64,000 nucleotides of DNA from a virus. Its lineage: Duplodnaviria > Caudoviricetes. Of the stretch, positions 9,140-18,782 are shown piece by piece. Position numbers and translations under genes: made by a program. Below the pieces are notes generated by a model. That model did not search any database and was not told where the DNA came from. It worked only from the letters and a program-made list of their open reading frames with translations. Numbering within the stretch: position 1 is the stretch's first letter; each line of letters begins with the position of its first letter. The stretch covers positions 501 through 64,500 of IMG/VR virus record IMGVR_UViG_3300010399_000008. One strand, 5' to 3'.

Positions 9140-12100
9140 GTGGCTCTTGGCTCCTCCGTCTACAAGATGGTTTTCGACACGCAGGGGATTACCAACGTCA
9201 CTGCGAGCCGTCGAGAACTTGCGCTGCAAAAGCAGATCTTGGAGGAGACGAAGCCAGCCGTTGAGAAGTACGGCGATTCTCTGGACGTGCTTGGACGGCT
9301 GCTCCGCAAGCAACTGATCGACGTTGAGCAGCACAACGAACTCAATCGACAGCTCAAGGCTGAACTGCCTGAAAATGTCTCCGCTGAAAATGCCATGACT
9401 GCGGCATTGCAGGAAGGCGCCTCAGCACGTCGCAGCATCATGACTGCAACGGAGCAACTTGCAGAGGCGGAAAAGCGATACGCAGCAGCCAAGCGTGGCG
9501 TTGTTCAACTTCAGAACGACGGCATCATCACCGATGAGAAGGCTGGCGAAGCACTGGCCAATTTGCGGGCCAATTCGCCAGCAGCTATCGAGGCAGAAAA
9601 CAAACGAGCCATTGCGGCGCGTGAGGTGTCTGGAATCGTCGAGCGCAATACGACGGCGGAAGAACGCCTTAACGCACAACGAGCGACAGCCAATCGACTC
9701 CGCGGGCAACTTGGGGAAACTAACTACGCGCGAGAGATTCAGCGGATCAACAGTCTGCTGCCAGAAAATATTGCTCTGGAACAACGCAAGAATGCGGAGA
9801 TTGCACGGGGCAAAGCGCTGAACGAACAATACATGCCGGTATGGCAACGCACAGGTCAGCAAATTACTGAATTGCGCGCGCAACACTTGGCTGGTCGAGT
9901 AGGAATCGACTCCTACCGCAACGGCATGATTCAGCTTACTGCTACACAACTCACAGGAATTCCTGTAGTTGGACGGTATGCGTCAATGCTCGCATCAATT
10001 GGACCTGCTGGAGTAGCCGCAACCGCTGGCTTAGCGATCGCTGGCTTAGCTGTTCGAAACGTCCATGACCAAATGCAAAAGATCGACGAACTGCTGAACA
10101 CAGCTGAAAACGTCGGGATTGCCGCGGATCAGTTTCAGCGGATGTCGGCCGCAGCGCATCTTGCCGATATCGATGCCAGAGCATTTTCCAGCGGCATCGA
10201 AACGATGATGGTCAGCATCAGCAAGGCGGCGATGGACCCAGAAGGGAAGATTGGCAAGGTATTCAAACTGGCTGAGTTGGACTCCAAGGCACTCAAAGCG
10301 ATGCGACCCGAGGAGGCTTTTCAAAAAGTCACAGTTGCACTGCAAGGCATGGCGAACGCCGACGACCGCCTTCGGGCAGCCAAGGGAATCTTTGTCAATC
10401 CGGACTTCCTGCGGATCAGTGCGTCTGACTTCGAGCTGGCAAATAAGAACATTCAGGCGATGGGCGGTGCAATCGACGACGTGAAGGCCGAGAAATTCAA
10501 AGAGATGGACAAGTCGATCGATAGCATGAATCAGAACATCGATCTGTTCTGGAAAAATCTCACCTTTGAGGTTTCTCCAGGACTGGAGACTGCTGCGAAG
10601 TCTGCCACGAAGTTGCTTCAGGCTCTTGATGTTAAAAGCTTCAATCCATTTAGCTTCGAGAATTTATTGTTGCCAGGTAATCCGTTATTCGTTGCGATCG
10701 ATGCAGCAAAGAAGGCTATGGTCGGACCGCCACCCGTGAAGCCGATGGCCAATGTAACGAAAGATCGCACGGCCGCAGATGAAGATGCAGAGTCGGCCAT
10801 TACTAAGCAGATGAAGACCCTCACAGACTCGATTGAAGATCAGTCGCAGAAACTTCGTCTTTCAGCGCATGCCTATGAAGAATGGAAGCTCGCACAAGCT
10901 GGTATCCCAGAAAAGCTAAGGGAAGAGGCATTAGCTCACTTCGACGCTGGAGAGACCGCAAAGCTCGCGAATGCGGCAATACTCGCCGACCAAAAACGGC
11001 AAGAGAGCGTTCGGGACACGATTGCTGCACTAGAGGACGAGACGGCGAAACTTCGCATGTCGGAACGCGCCTATCGTGACCTGCAGGTTGCCAGAAGAGT
11101 CGGTGCGGCTGGTGGTGAACCAGCGGACATCGAGACAGCAGTCAATACCGACCGAGCAACCGAGCAATTGGAAAAACAACTCGCTGTCGCTAAGAAACGC
11201 GCTGATTCTGTCAGCGGCATCATGGACGGTCTTCGAGAAGAAACATCAGCCTTGCACGCGAGCGCTGCCGCTTATGCTCTACATCGCAATGCTCTTATTT
11301 CCGGCTTGTCGGATGAAACCACAATGGCGGGTCTCGCCGCACGAGCACATCGCGACAGACAGTTGGCGTTGGCAGGTGGGACAATGCTAGAGCGAGTCGC
11401 TGCCGCTGCACTGGACGCCAAGAACGCAAAGATGGCTAAGGAGATCGACTCCGAAAAACTCGCTATCGACACGATCAAGACTCTCGAAAAGGAAACTCGT
11501 CAGTTCGCCATGACGGCGCGCGAGCGCACGATGGATGACTTGTCGACTGCCGGGATTAAGAACACGGAAGAACTCAAACACATCGATTTGCTGCTCAAGG
11601 AAAAGGAAGTTCGAGAATCCATTCTGCAATTACAGCATTCGTCTGCATTCGCAATTAAGGCTAACAGTCGAGAAGCGGCTGAGATGCTTGCACGAGCGGA
11701 GTTTGTGGGCAGTGTGATGTCACGACCATCAAGAGTCGGCGAGCCTGCTGCTACGAGCACGACGCCAGCTGTTGTGTCGAGAAGTACAGTCATCGCACCA
11801 CCTCCACCAGTCGTCGCGCCAACAACGGACACCTGGAGTGCAGGAGAAAAATGGAAGCCGACTGATTTTCGCGAGAGATTCGACTCGGAGTTGCAGGAAT
11901 CGCGAGCGGCTAAAGCAGTCCAAGCTTTTGAGCGTCGGCTAGAAATCGCTGCCGATCTAACCGCCAGGAGGGCTATGGATGTCGAAAATGCCACGTCAAT
12001 ACGAGCGGACATTGCCCGCAGTCCGTCACGGTCGGATCGCTCGGAATCGGCGGCATCGAAACCACCGGTTGTTAATACAGCCAAGATGGAATCGCTGCTC

Positions 12101-12181
12101 CAAAGCGCCCTCAGCGCGTTGATGCAGATCGGCAGAAATACAGTGCAGCAGCCGATGAAGATCGAAGAGGTGACGCTGTGA
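9140..12181 (+). CDS. Tail tape measure protein
   Basis: 1013 aa, Ala/Glu/Leu-rich helical protein, longest ORF in the window, follows the chaperones. Confidence 0.9.
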   Translation: MALGSSVYKMVFDTQGITNVTASRRELALQKQILEETKPAVEKYGDSLDVLGRLLRKQLIDVEQHNELNRQLKAELPENVSAENAMTAALQEGASARRSIMTATEQLAEAEKRYAAAKRGVVQLQNDGIITDEKAGEALANLRANSPAAIEAENKRAIAAREVSGIVERNTTAEERLNAQRATANRLRGQLGETNYAREIQRINSLLPENIALEQRKNAEIARGKALNEQYMPVWQRTGQQITELRAQHLAGRVGIDSYRNGMIQLTATQLTGIPVVGRYASMLASIGPAGVAATAGLAIAGLAVRNVHDQMQKIDELLNTAENVGIAADQFQRMSAAAHLADIDARAFSSGIETMMVSISKAAMDPEGKIGKVFKLAELDSKALKAMRPEEAFQKVTVALQGMANADDRLRAAKGIFVNPDFLRISASDFELANKNIQAMGGAIDDVKAEKFKEMDKSIDSMNQNIDLFWKNLTFEVSPGLETAAKSATKLLQALDVKSFNPFSFENLLLPGNPLFVAIDAAKKAMVGPPPVKPMANVTKDRTAADEDAESAITKQMKTLTDSIEDQSQKLRLSAHAYEEWKLAQAGIPEKLREEALAHFDAGETAKLANAAILADQKRQESVRDTIAALEDETAKLRMSERAYRDLQVARRVGAAGGEPADIETAVNTDRATEQLEKQLAVAKKRADSVSGIMDGLREETSALHASAAAYALHRNALISGLSDETTMAGLAARAHRDRQLALAGGTMLERVAAAALDAKNAKMAKEIDSEKLAIDTIKTLEKETRQFAMTARERTMDDLSTAGIKNTEELKHIDLLLKEKEVRESILQLQHSSAFAIKANSREAAEMLARAEFVGSVMSRPSRVGEPAATSTTPAVVSRSTVIAPPPPVVAPTTDTWSAGEKWKPTDFRERFDSELQESRAAKAVQAFERRLEIAADLTARRAMDVENATSIRADIARSPSRSDRSESAASKPPVVNTAKMESLLQSALSALMQIGRNTVQQPMKIEEVTL

Positions 12182-13122
12182 CCATTCTTGGCGCCGCCGA
12201 TCCACTGGGTGTAAAGGAGTCGTTCGATTCCGAGGGCCATATCACCTACACGTCGCGTTATCGTGTCCGCAGTAATGACCCGATGGAAAACCCAATTCTA
12301 GTGCGCAATGCCAGTGGCATTCCTGGATACGGGAGCGGTTTCAACTGGAACGGCGTAACTAATCAGAATGCCACATGCCAAACGTGTGAGACTGACAGGG
12401 AGTTTCAAGACGACAGTACGCGACTCCACTGGATTGTCACGACGACTCACTCGACCAAGCCGAATGCACGGCAGCAAACTGCAGGCGGCGGAGGTGGTGG
12501 CGGACTTCAAACGACACCCGTTGCAGATCGCTGGAGAGCAAGTGGAAGCTTTTCACAGGGGACTCGCATTACTTCGCTTGATAGGTTTGGATTGCCGATC
12601 ATGACGACGGCGAAGGAAACAAAGCGATTTGAAACTCTAGATTTTCATGACACCCTGACTCTCGACGGTGCATCGCTAACGATGAGCTTGCCTATTCGCG
12701 CACAGGCAGTCGGCCACTGCAACTCGGAAACGATATGGGGACTTACTGAACGAAAGGTTTTGCTCGGACAGTGGCAGTGGCAACTCGTATGGCAGGGAAA
12801 CGTTTCTTACTTCACACACCGATTGGAATTTTTGATTAAGTACGACAAATGGAATGAGTTTTGGGTCAACGAAGGCAAGTACTCGCTGGAATTCACACCA
12901 ACTGGTCAGCGAGAAAAGCGATTGATCCCATCTCCAAATGACTTAGGAACGATGACTAGGTTACTCGACAACTCCGGTCAGGTCATTTCAGAAACGGCGC
13001 TGCTTAATCCAAGTGTGCCACCGATCAAAATCAACGAAAATGAAATTATCGACGAGTTCGATTTTACGACACTTAGCGGATTGATCGGCATGCCAAACCC
13101 GCTGCCAGGGAATTTTGTTTGA
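12178..13122 (+). CDS. Putative distal tail/tail-tip protein
   Basis: 314 aa coupled to the tape measure gene (GTGA overlap); function from position only. Confidence 0.55.
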   Translation: MTILGAADPLGVKESFDSEGHITYTSRYRVRSNDPMENPILVRNASGIPGYGSGFNWNGVTNQNATCQTCETDREFQDDSTRLHWIVTTTHSTKPNARQQTAGGGGGGGLQTTPVADRWRASGSFSQGTRITSLDRFGLPIMTTAKETKRFETLDFHDTLTLDGASLTMSLPIRAQAVGHCNSETIWGLTERKVLLGQWQWQLVWQGNVSYFTHRLEFLIKYDKWNEFWVNEGKYSLEFTPTGQREKRLIPSPNDLGTMTRLLDNSGQVISETALLNPSVPPIKINENEIIDEFDFTTLSGLIGMPNPLPGNFV

Positions 13123-13132
13123 GGACGCAGTA

Positions 13133-13540
13133 ATGGCTAATGAGATTCAAACACAGATCATTACGACTCTTACCAATCCCACGTCGAGCACGACCGCTGC
13201 ACTATTGCGAGCCGTATTTGATCACGGTGCGTTTATTCTAGCCCAGACAAATGCTGCGGCGTTTTGCGACACAGTTACCGTCGGATTCGCGGCGGATCAA
13301 GTTATTTCAATTCCCGCAAGTTCGAAGTTCACGGCCGCAACTCAAGGATTGTTTTGCGCTATCAACCGCGACCCCACGAATTACGTCGACCTTGGTCCAA
13401 ACAATGGCGGAACGGTGCTTCCATTGGTGCGATTGTATCCGAGGACACCAATTCAATTTCCAGTTGTTCCAAGCGTCGTAATGCGATGGCAGGCCAGCAT
13501 AGCTGCTTGCGATGTTCAGTTCGTTTGGCTGGCCAAGTAA
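13133..13540 (+). CDS. Putative minor tail protein
   Basis: 135 aa, GAGG SD; N.DPTNYV.LG motif. Confidence 0.5.
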   Translation: MANEIQTQIITTLTNPTSSTTAALLRAVFDHGAFILAQTNAAAFCDTVTVGFAADQVISIPASSKFTAATQGLFCAINRDPTNYVDLGPNNGGTVLPLVRLYPRTPIQFPVVPSVVMRWQASIAACDVQFVWLAK

Positions 13541-14151
13541 TGATCACGCTCCGCCAATTCTCCGAAAAGACGACCAAAGACCTTCGGCGGCTCGTCGAAC
13601 GCGATCGTCAAGAGAAGACATTCACTACAGGAGCACTAGAAGACGAATCTTCGAGTGGTGTATGTGGTGAGCGATTTGCGCGAACGACAACCAGAACCGA
13701 GAATCCAGTTTATCCATCAACGCCAGCCACCAAATTCGTCGTGGAGTTCGGTGAGTACAAATTCGATAACACGACAACCGGCAATGAACTCGCCGTCTTT
13801 ACGGCTTACACCCCGAAGACGACCCGGATTGCTTACTCACGTTTTGGCTGGTTGCCACAAAACACACTCGTCAGGATGAATCTCCACCACGGACGCTGGT
13901 TCATCAAGTCCGACTACACCCTGGTTCGCCATCTGGCGAAGACAACCTCGTTAATAGCATCTAAGGGAAGCGGCCCGGTCAATATTTGGATCAATGACCT
14001 CGTGAGTTCTCCGGTGTGGCAGGTCACAGCCTGGAACACTTGGATGAACGGTACTTCAACGATTGGCAGTGGCAAGGAAGTGATTATTGAGTGGTTCCAG
14101 CATCTCAACAACGGTGCTGGAAGGTGGCTCATTACCGAGGTTCAGTGCTAA
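13540..14151 (+). CDS. Putative minor tail protein
   Basis: 203 aa, TAATG coupling; ends W.ITEVQC. Confidence 0.5.
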   Translation: MITLRQFSEKTTKDLRRLVERDRQEKTFTTGALEDESSSGVCGERFARTTTRTENPVYPSTPATKFVVEFGEYKFDNTTTGNELAVFTAYTPKTTRIAYSRFGWLPQNTLVRMNLHHGRWFIKSDYTLVRHLAKTTSLIASKGSGPVNIWINDLVSSPVWQVTAWNTWMNGTSTIGSGKEVIIEWFQHLNNGAGRWLITEVQC

Positions 14152-15219
14152 ATGCCGCGGTACTCTCCAGGTTGCATTTGCTGCATCTGCATAATTGCCG
14201 ACACCGATGACGCGGCTACCGCATGCACGGGAATCTGGACAGGCACGACCACCAGAACCCCAGACGGTGACGATTCGCTGTTGATGTACGACATCACGGT
14301 TCTCAGTGGATCGACTTGGTACGTCAAGGCTACAGTCCAATTCGATCCGGCTGCGAGTGGAAGTCCAGAAGCAGTCGGCAGAATCGTTGGCGGTGCGACG
14401 GACTGTGACAATTATTACAGCTTTGAATACAACCCGTTTCGCGGTGCGACGGGTTTAAGCGGCGATCGGAGATTGATAAAGGTTGTCGGAGGTGTCGCAA
14501 CAGTTCTTGCCAGATATCCCCACGCAACCACCACCTACGCTAGTGTTTCCGATACTTCAATCCTGAATCTTTGCTGGGACGGGACTACGCTGACAGGCTG
14601 GACTGGATCAGGTGCTCCGTCCGGAGTAATCGCATCCCGAGACGTATCAATCTCCGATGCACAAGCTGGACTGATGGTGACGACCTACGTCGACATGGAC
14701 GCCGTGAATTTCACCAGCTTCAGTTTGGAGCGATCCGGTGGTTTATGCCAAGCGTGTCCTGAGCACTGCTGCATGGGACCGGTTCCAACAAGTCTCACCC
14801 TTGAAATAGCAAACATCGATTCTGAGAGTAAGGCATACAGTGGAGGCATTTGCCATTTGGATTGTAATGGACTCAACGGCACTTTCGTGCTACCGAGAAA
14901 GGGAGCGAACGGTTCAGATGCAACCGCTGGTGATGCGGTTTGTTCGTGGAAGCTCGATGTACCGCTCGTCGGCACCCCGGATCCACCATGCACGCCTGCC
15001 ACTGCAACCGCCAATTTCGTCATTGGCACTTCAACTGTTGCCGGCGTTACTACAATCACCGTCACAATTTCTCACGGAGGAATCGGAACCTTAGCCATAC
15101 TTCAAGCCACGACGACTCTCCCATGCTCTGACTGGACGAATTGGATTGATCTGACAGCCGGTGGCTTTGCCTGTAGCCTTGCCGGAACCAACACTGTCTT
15201 TCGGATCAAAAAAACATAA
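14152..15219 (+). CDS. Cysteine-rich putative tail-tip/receptor-binding protein
   Basis: 355 aa, about 17 Cys, starts MPRYSPGCICCIC; Thr/Gly-rich beta character. Confidence 0.55.
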   Translation: MPRYSPGCICCICIIADTDDAATACTGIWTGTTTRTPDGDDSLLMYDITVLSGSTWYVKATVQFDPAASGSPEAVGRIVGGATDCDNYYSFEYNPFRGATGLSGDRRLIKVVGGVATVLARYPHATTTYASVSDTSILNLCWDGTTLTGWTGSGAPSGVIASRDVSISDAQAGLMVTTYVDMDAVNFTSFSLERSGGLCQACPEHCCMGPVPTSLTLEIANIDSESKAYSGGICHLDCNGLNGTFVLPRKGANGSDATAGDAVCSWKLDVPLVGTPDPPCTPATATANFVIGTSTVAGVTTITVTISHGGIGTLAILQATTTLPCSDWTNWIDLTAGGFACSLAGTNTVFRIKKT

Positions 15220-15713
15220 TGCAAACCTTCACCTGTCCATCCTGCGGACTGACTCACCAAAGCGAGCGAATCGTTTTGCCGTTCTATCACGAATGCGCAG
15301 GCGCGTTGCGAGTTGACTCTGACGCTTCACTCGTCACCGGAGAAGGCGAACCGGTAATGCCGTCTCCAGCCGTGCTCATTCCGCCAGTGCTGGAGGCTCT
15401 ACCTCATGGACCGGGGACAGAGCTTGCCAAGATCCTGAGAGAGCTTGGATTGCCTGAAAGCCAATGTCTGGGATGCCTCGGGCGGATTGTGCAAATGAAT
15501 GAATGGGGAGTCGAAGGATGCCGCGAACATCGGGATGAGATTGTCGGATGGCTGCAAGAGGGATTCGCCAACACCGATTGGAAGACACGTGTCACTGCAG
15601 CAGCCAAGGCATTCCAGACTGGACTGGCGTTTGAGGTCAACTGGCTGGATCCGTTCTCTGACTTCGTGGATGAGGCGATACGGAGAGCAGATGCTAGTTT
15701 TTCTTCACATTAG
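15219..15713 (+). CDS. Cys-containing protein, last gene of the tail operon
   Basis: 164 aa; CPSC, GPGTELAK, C.GC..R...MN.WG..GC. Confidence 0.55.
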   Translation: MQTFTCPSCGLTHQSERIVLPFYHECAGALRVDSDASLVTGEGEPVMPSPAVLIPPVLEALPHGPGTELAKILRELGLPESQCLGCLGRIVQMNEWGVEGCREHRDEIVGWLQEGFANTDWKTRVTAAAKAFQTGLAFEVNWLDPFSDFVDEAIRRADASFSSH

Positions 15714-16404
15714 TAGCTGGCTTCCAATCCTTGAACCGCTGTATTTCGGCATCGGTCAACGGACGAGCAACCAGAAGCGTCTTGGTGCTTCCAGCTGCGG
15801 TGTCGTACTGCTTGTTTCTGGTGAATACGATCGGTTGCTTAAATTCAATTGTGGCACCGTCAGACCACGAAGTGGTATCGTGTTCGAGCCAGAATTCATG
15901 GGTAGCGGCAGCTTTCGGTTGCGATAGACCACCAGTCGGCGATACGACAGCCGATTCTCCGCGTGACATCGAAACGATCGCGTTTTTGTTATCGATAACT
16001 TGGACAATCGAAAGTGATCCTCTCCAGACTATTCCAGCACTAGCAACCCTTGGCGAGTCAATGTCTGGTAGATGATTCTCGCCAGCGCGTTTTACAAAGC
16101 CCTCCATTTTATTCAGGAATTCTTCTGCTCGTTTTATTTCTTGTTGTTTGGCTTCCCTGCTTGGAATCTCTGTGGTTCGATTCCACGGTAGCTTTCCTTG
16201 GTATGCAGTTCGGATCGTACTTTTTCCAGGAACAATCTTCGCTGTTTTAATGGACTGCAGTTGCAACTTCGCGATTGTGGCATTGGCTTCGAGATCCGCT
16301 TTTGTTGGCAATTCCGAGTAAGCCTGCTCAGCAACCTTGTCCACCCATTTCAAGTCAGGCTCGTCCGCGCCAATCGCCGCAGTCAGAACCAAAGCCAGTA
16401 ACAT
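15694..16404 (-). CDS. Exported protein (moron-like)
   Basis: GAGGAGG SD; signal-peptide-like MLLALVLTAAIGA; opposite strand, downstream of the integrase. Confidence 0.65.
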   Translation of the reverse strand: MLLALVLTAAIGADEPDLKWVDKVAEQAYSELPTKADLEANATIAKLQLQSIKTAKIVPGKSTIRTAYQGKLPWNRTTEIPSREAKQQEIKRAEEFLNKMEGFVKRAGENHLPDIDSPRVASAGIVWRGSLSIVQVIDNKNAIVSMSRGESAVVSPTGGLSQPKAAATHEFWLEHDTTSWSDGATIEFKQPIVFTRNKQYDTAAGSTKTLLVARPLTDAEIQRFKDWKPATNVKKN

Positions 16405-16515
16405 CGCCTGCCTCCTCGTGAGTCGAGATCACCCCGCCAACCTACGTGGTTCGCCGGCCGGGCTCAACTCTTGGCGGCTGGAATATGCGTCGTGGCGATG
16501 GCTGGGGGCTTGACT

Positions 16516-17409
16516 TTACGAATCTCGCGGAGTTTCTGGCGAGTCCCACCAGTACCTCGGCGGTTGCGGTGACGGGCCATATGCCTGCGATCGATCAATG
16601 TAGTGTTTCTTCATTTCTGCCGTCTTGTGGCCTAAATACCGCTGCGTGTCCGCTGGCCTGATCGATTCCAGTTGCGTGGCACCCGTTCGTCTAATTTGCT
16701 GGAGTACACCGCGGCGAACTCCTGACGGTCGGAGCATCCAGATTCTCCAGCACTCATAGAAACCTTTCTCTGTTCCCGGCCATTTCAGTGGATTTTGCCC
16801 AGGTAATAGCCGAATAGCATTAAGAGTTTCCTGATTGACCTGCGGTTCATGCGGCCAGCCGGTTTTGTTTTGCCGCAACACAATCACCCCGTTTGATAAA
16901 AAGCTGCTTTGTTCGAGCCGCCACAGATCCCCGCGCCGCAATCCAGATTCATAAGCAGCATCGAGTAACGTCACGAGATACAGTCGCCGCGAAGCGCCAT
17001 TCTTTATGAATCCCGAAGCCGCCATTGCTGCTAGTCTCAGCTTGCGCAACTCGTCCAGGGTCCACGCAACTGGTTGCGGTTCTGGTTTGGGTGCCTTCCG
17101 CAGTCGGCCAGGCCAAGCAACCTCTTTGAACTCTGCTAGGAACCGCCACAAGCAAATCAAATTGCTGCGGAGCCCGCTGCGGGTGCGAGGGGAATAGCGC
17201 TGCTCAAGCCAGGCAATCCACGAACTGACGCGATCTTCTTCCAAGTCGGCTGACGTGGATTGATAACCCAACCACGAATCAAAAATCGTGACCGTGTGCC
17301 GAAGAAAATACGCGGCTTTCACGCATAGACCACGGCGCAGCGCATACCGGTCGCACCAGTCAACAAGAATGACTGGATTCGACATTTCGAAGTTCTGCCC
17401 CTTCGCCAT
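16516..17409 (-). CDS. int: Tyrosine recombinase/integrase
   Basis: YSPRT core-binding motif, ESGLRRGDL (R), QNKTG (K), QQIRR (HxxR with H>Q), LGH, KHY (Y); next to a tRNA fragment. Confidence 0.85.
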   Translation of the reverse strand: MAKGQNFEMSNPVILVDWCDRYALRRGLCVKAAYFLRHTVTIFDSWLGYQSTSADLEEDRVSSWIAWLEQRYSPRTRSGLRSNLICLWRFLAEFKEVAWPGRLRKAPKPEPQPVAWTLDELRKLRLAAMAASGFIKNGASRRLYLVTLLDAAYESGLRRGDLWRLEQSSFLSNGVIVLRQNKTGWPHEPQVNQETLNAIRLLPGQNPLKWPGTEKGFYECWRIWMLRPSGVRRGVLQQIRRTGATQLESIRPADTQRYLGHKTAEMKKHYIDRSQAYGPSPQPPRYWWDSPETPRDS

Positions 17410-17510
17410 TTCAATCGGCGATTCTGGGGCGATTCATTCAAGCCGAATGCCGAATCCGTGGTAACCCACAATCCGTTGAAGTCCTTCTAAAGTCCTACGA
17501 GGGGGAGGAC

Positions 17511-17532
17511 GTTCGAGTCCTACCGGGGGAGC
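17511..17532 (+). mobile_element. attP core: 3' fragment of a tRNA (most likely tRNA-Asn)
   Basis: GTTCGAGTCCTACCGGGGGAGC = T loop, 3' T-stem strand, acceptor 3' strand ending A72, discriminator G73; no 5' half; about 100 bp from the integrase start. Confidence 0.75.
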
Positions 17533-17624
17533 TTTTGAGAACTTGCGGCAGTCGCCAGCCATCGCAAGACGCTGGGGGCTATTCGCTTAGTGTGAGCCTT
17601 ACTAACGGCTGCCGCTTGTTTCTC

Positions 17625-17652
17625 TTGCCAATTGTCCGATGAATGGTAGCAT
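17625..17652 (+). promoter_or_regulatory. Putative promoter with operator box
   Basis: TTGCCA-16-TAGCAT containing CAATTGTCCGAT. Confidence 0.5.
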
Positions 17653-17665
17653 AAGGAGCCTATTT

Positions 17666-17908
17666 ATGGCAATTAGGAAGGATAAGAGCAGAGCCATGAA
17701 CATCCGTGGATACTTTACCTGCGAACAGGCTGCGTCTCGCGCTGGGATGAAGGTCGATACCGTTCGCCGGTACGTTCACCGCGGATTAATCAATGCCGGG
17801 CTGATCGGCGACGTGTACCTAATCTCTTCGCAAGAACTCAATCGCTTTCTCAAGAATCGTCGAAAACGCGGGAATCCCAATTTTGTGCGGCAAAAGCAGA
17901 CTGCATAA
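17666..17908 (+). CDS. Excisionase-like/MerR-type HTH DNA-binding protein
   Basis: YFT.EQAA...G....TVRRYV.RG.I.A pattern (HTH_17-like), basic RGNP tail; AAGGAG SD; divergent from int across attP. Confidence 0.75.
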   Translation: MAIRKDKSRAMNIRGYFTCEQAASRAGMKVDTVRRYVHRGLINAGLIGDVYLISSQELNRFLKNRRKRGNPNFVRQKQTA

Positions 17909-17925
17909 TTTTTTAAAAAATGGAC

Positions 17926-17954
17926 TTGCAATTGTCCGATTGACGGGATAGACT
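17926..17954 (+). promoter_or_regulatory. Putative early promoter with second operator box
   Basis: TTGCAA-17-TAGACT, AT-rich UP element, same CAATTGTCCGAT box. Confidence 0.6.
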
Positions 17955-18106
17955 CCCGCACGCTGAACGTTTTGGCTTAGTAACCAGATCATTCAGTTTG
18001 AAAACACTAGGCAACCTCTTGCGGCATTCTTAGCCGCGACCGAGTTGCAATCAGGAACTCGATTTCGCGATCACGGACGTTTGGAAGTAATCGCGTACAT
18101 CAAACA

Positions 18107-18424
18107 ATGACCCTCCGCAATTACCTTCGCCGCATCTCCTTCCGCAATCACCTGCTGGCTTGTCGGCAGTTGCGATACCTCGAATCCCAGAAGTTTATCC
18201 GAACGATCGTCTACTTCGACCCGCACGCGAATCTGTACATCTCGACGTTCGTTGAATGCGGCTACGAAGTCAGCGTGGTTTGGAGATTCACAACGCGGTG
18301 TAACTACGTGCGAGTGATTAGTCGCTGGTACGAGCTTCACCACGCGATCCAGAGTGCCGTGCGGATTGCCAAGAGAATGAAACGGGAAAGGGTGAACACC
18401 GTGAACGTGAGGATAGCTGAGTGA
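18107..18424 (+). CDS. Hypothetical basic protein
   Basis: 105 aa; GTGA overlap with the next gene. Confidence 0.45.
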   Translation: MTLRNYLRRISFRNHLLACRQLRYLESQKFIRTIVYFDPHANLYISTFVECGYEVSVVWRFTTRCNYVRVISRWYELHHAIQSAVRIAKRMKRERVNTVNVRIAE

Positions 18425-18618
18425 CGCAACTCGTAATCATTTTCCTCGTTGGTTTTCTGATGGGATGGCTTTCACCGTTACCAAGGTTATTGCGGTGTCT
18501 GTTTCCGTCGCAACTGGACTTCATGCGACGTGCGCGTGACGAGGAGATTGCTAGTCGGCGGTTTGACGCAGAGACAAAGCGAATGATTCGCGAGTTATAC
18601 GAGGAGCGAACCCAATGA
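18421..18618 (+). CDS. Small membrane-anchored protein
   Basis: N-terminal hydrophobic helix; coupled at both ends. Confidence 0.55.
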   Translation: MTQLVIIFLVGFLMGWLSPLPRLLRCLFPSQLDFMRRARDEEIASRRFDAETKRMIRELYEERTQ

Positions 18619-18782
18619 CGCAGATAACGAACGCTCGCTGTCCCTACTGCAAGCAGCTCGTCCAAGTTGTGGACCCGAAGACGGCGACACCCTTTTTTGT
18701 GCAGCACAAGCACAAGGGAGCGACGTGCAAGGGAAGTCTTCTCGGAGTGGCTAAATCGAATCAGGAGACCAGTTCGTCATGA
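18615..18782 (+). CDS. Small Zn-binding-like protein (not in ORF track)
   Basis: 55 aa MTQITNARCPYCKQ...H...C.GS; GAGGAG SD; ATGA overlaps on both sides. Confidence 0.55.
   Translation: MTQITNARCPYCKQLVQVVDPKTATPFFVQHKHKGATCKGSLLGVAKSNQETSSS

Noticed and set aside
17491-17535. Complete tRNA gene
   Set aside because: Only the T loop to discriminator is present, with no D or anticodon arm; better explained as an att core
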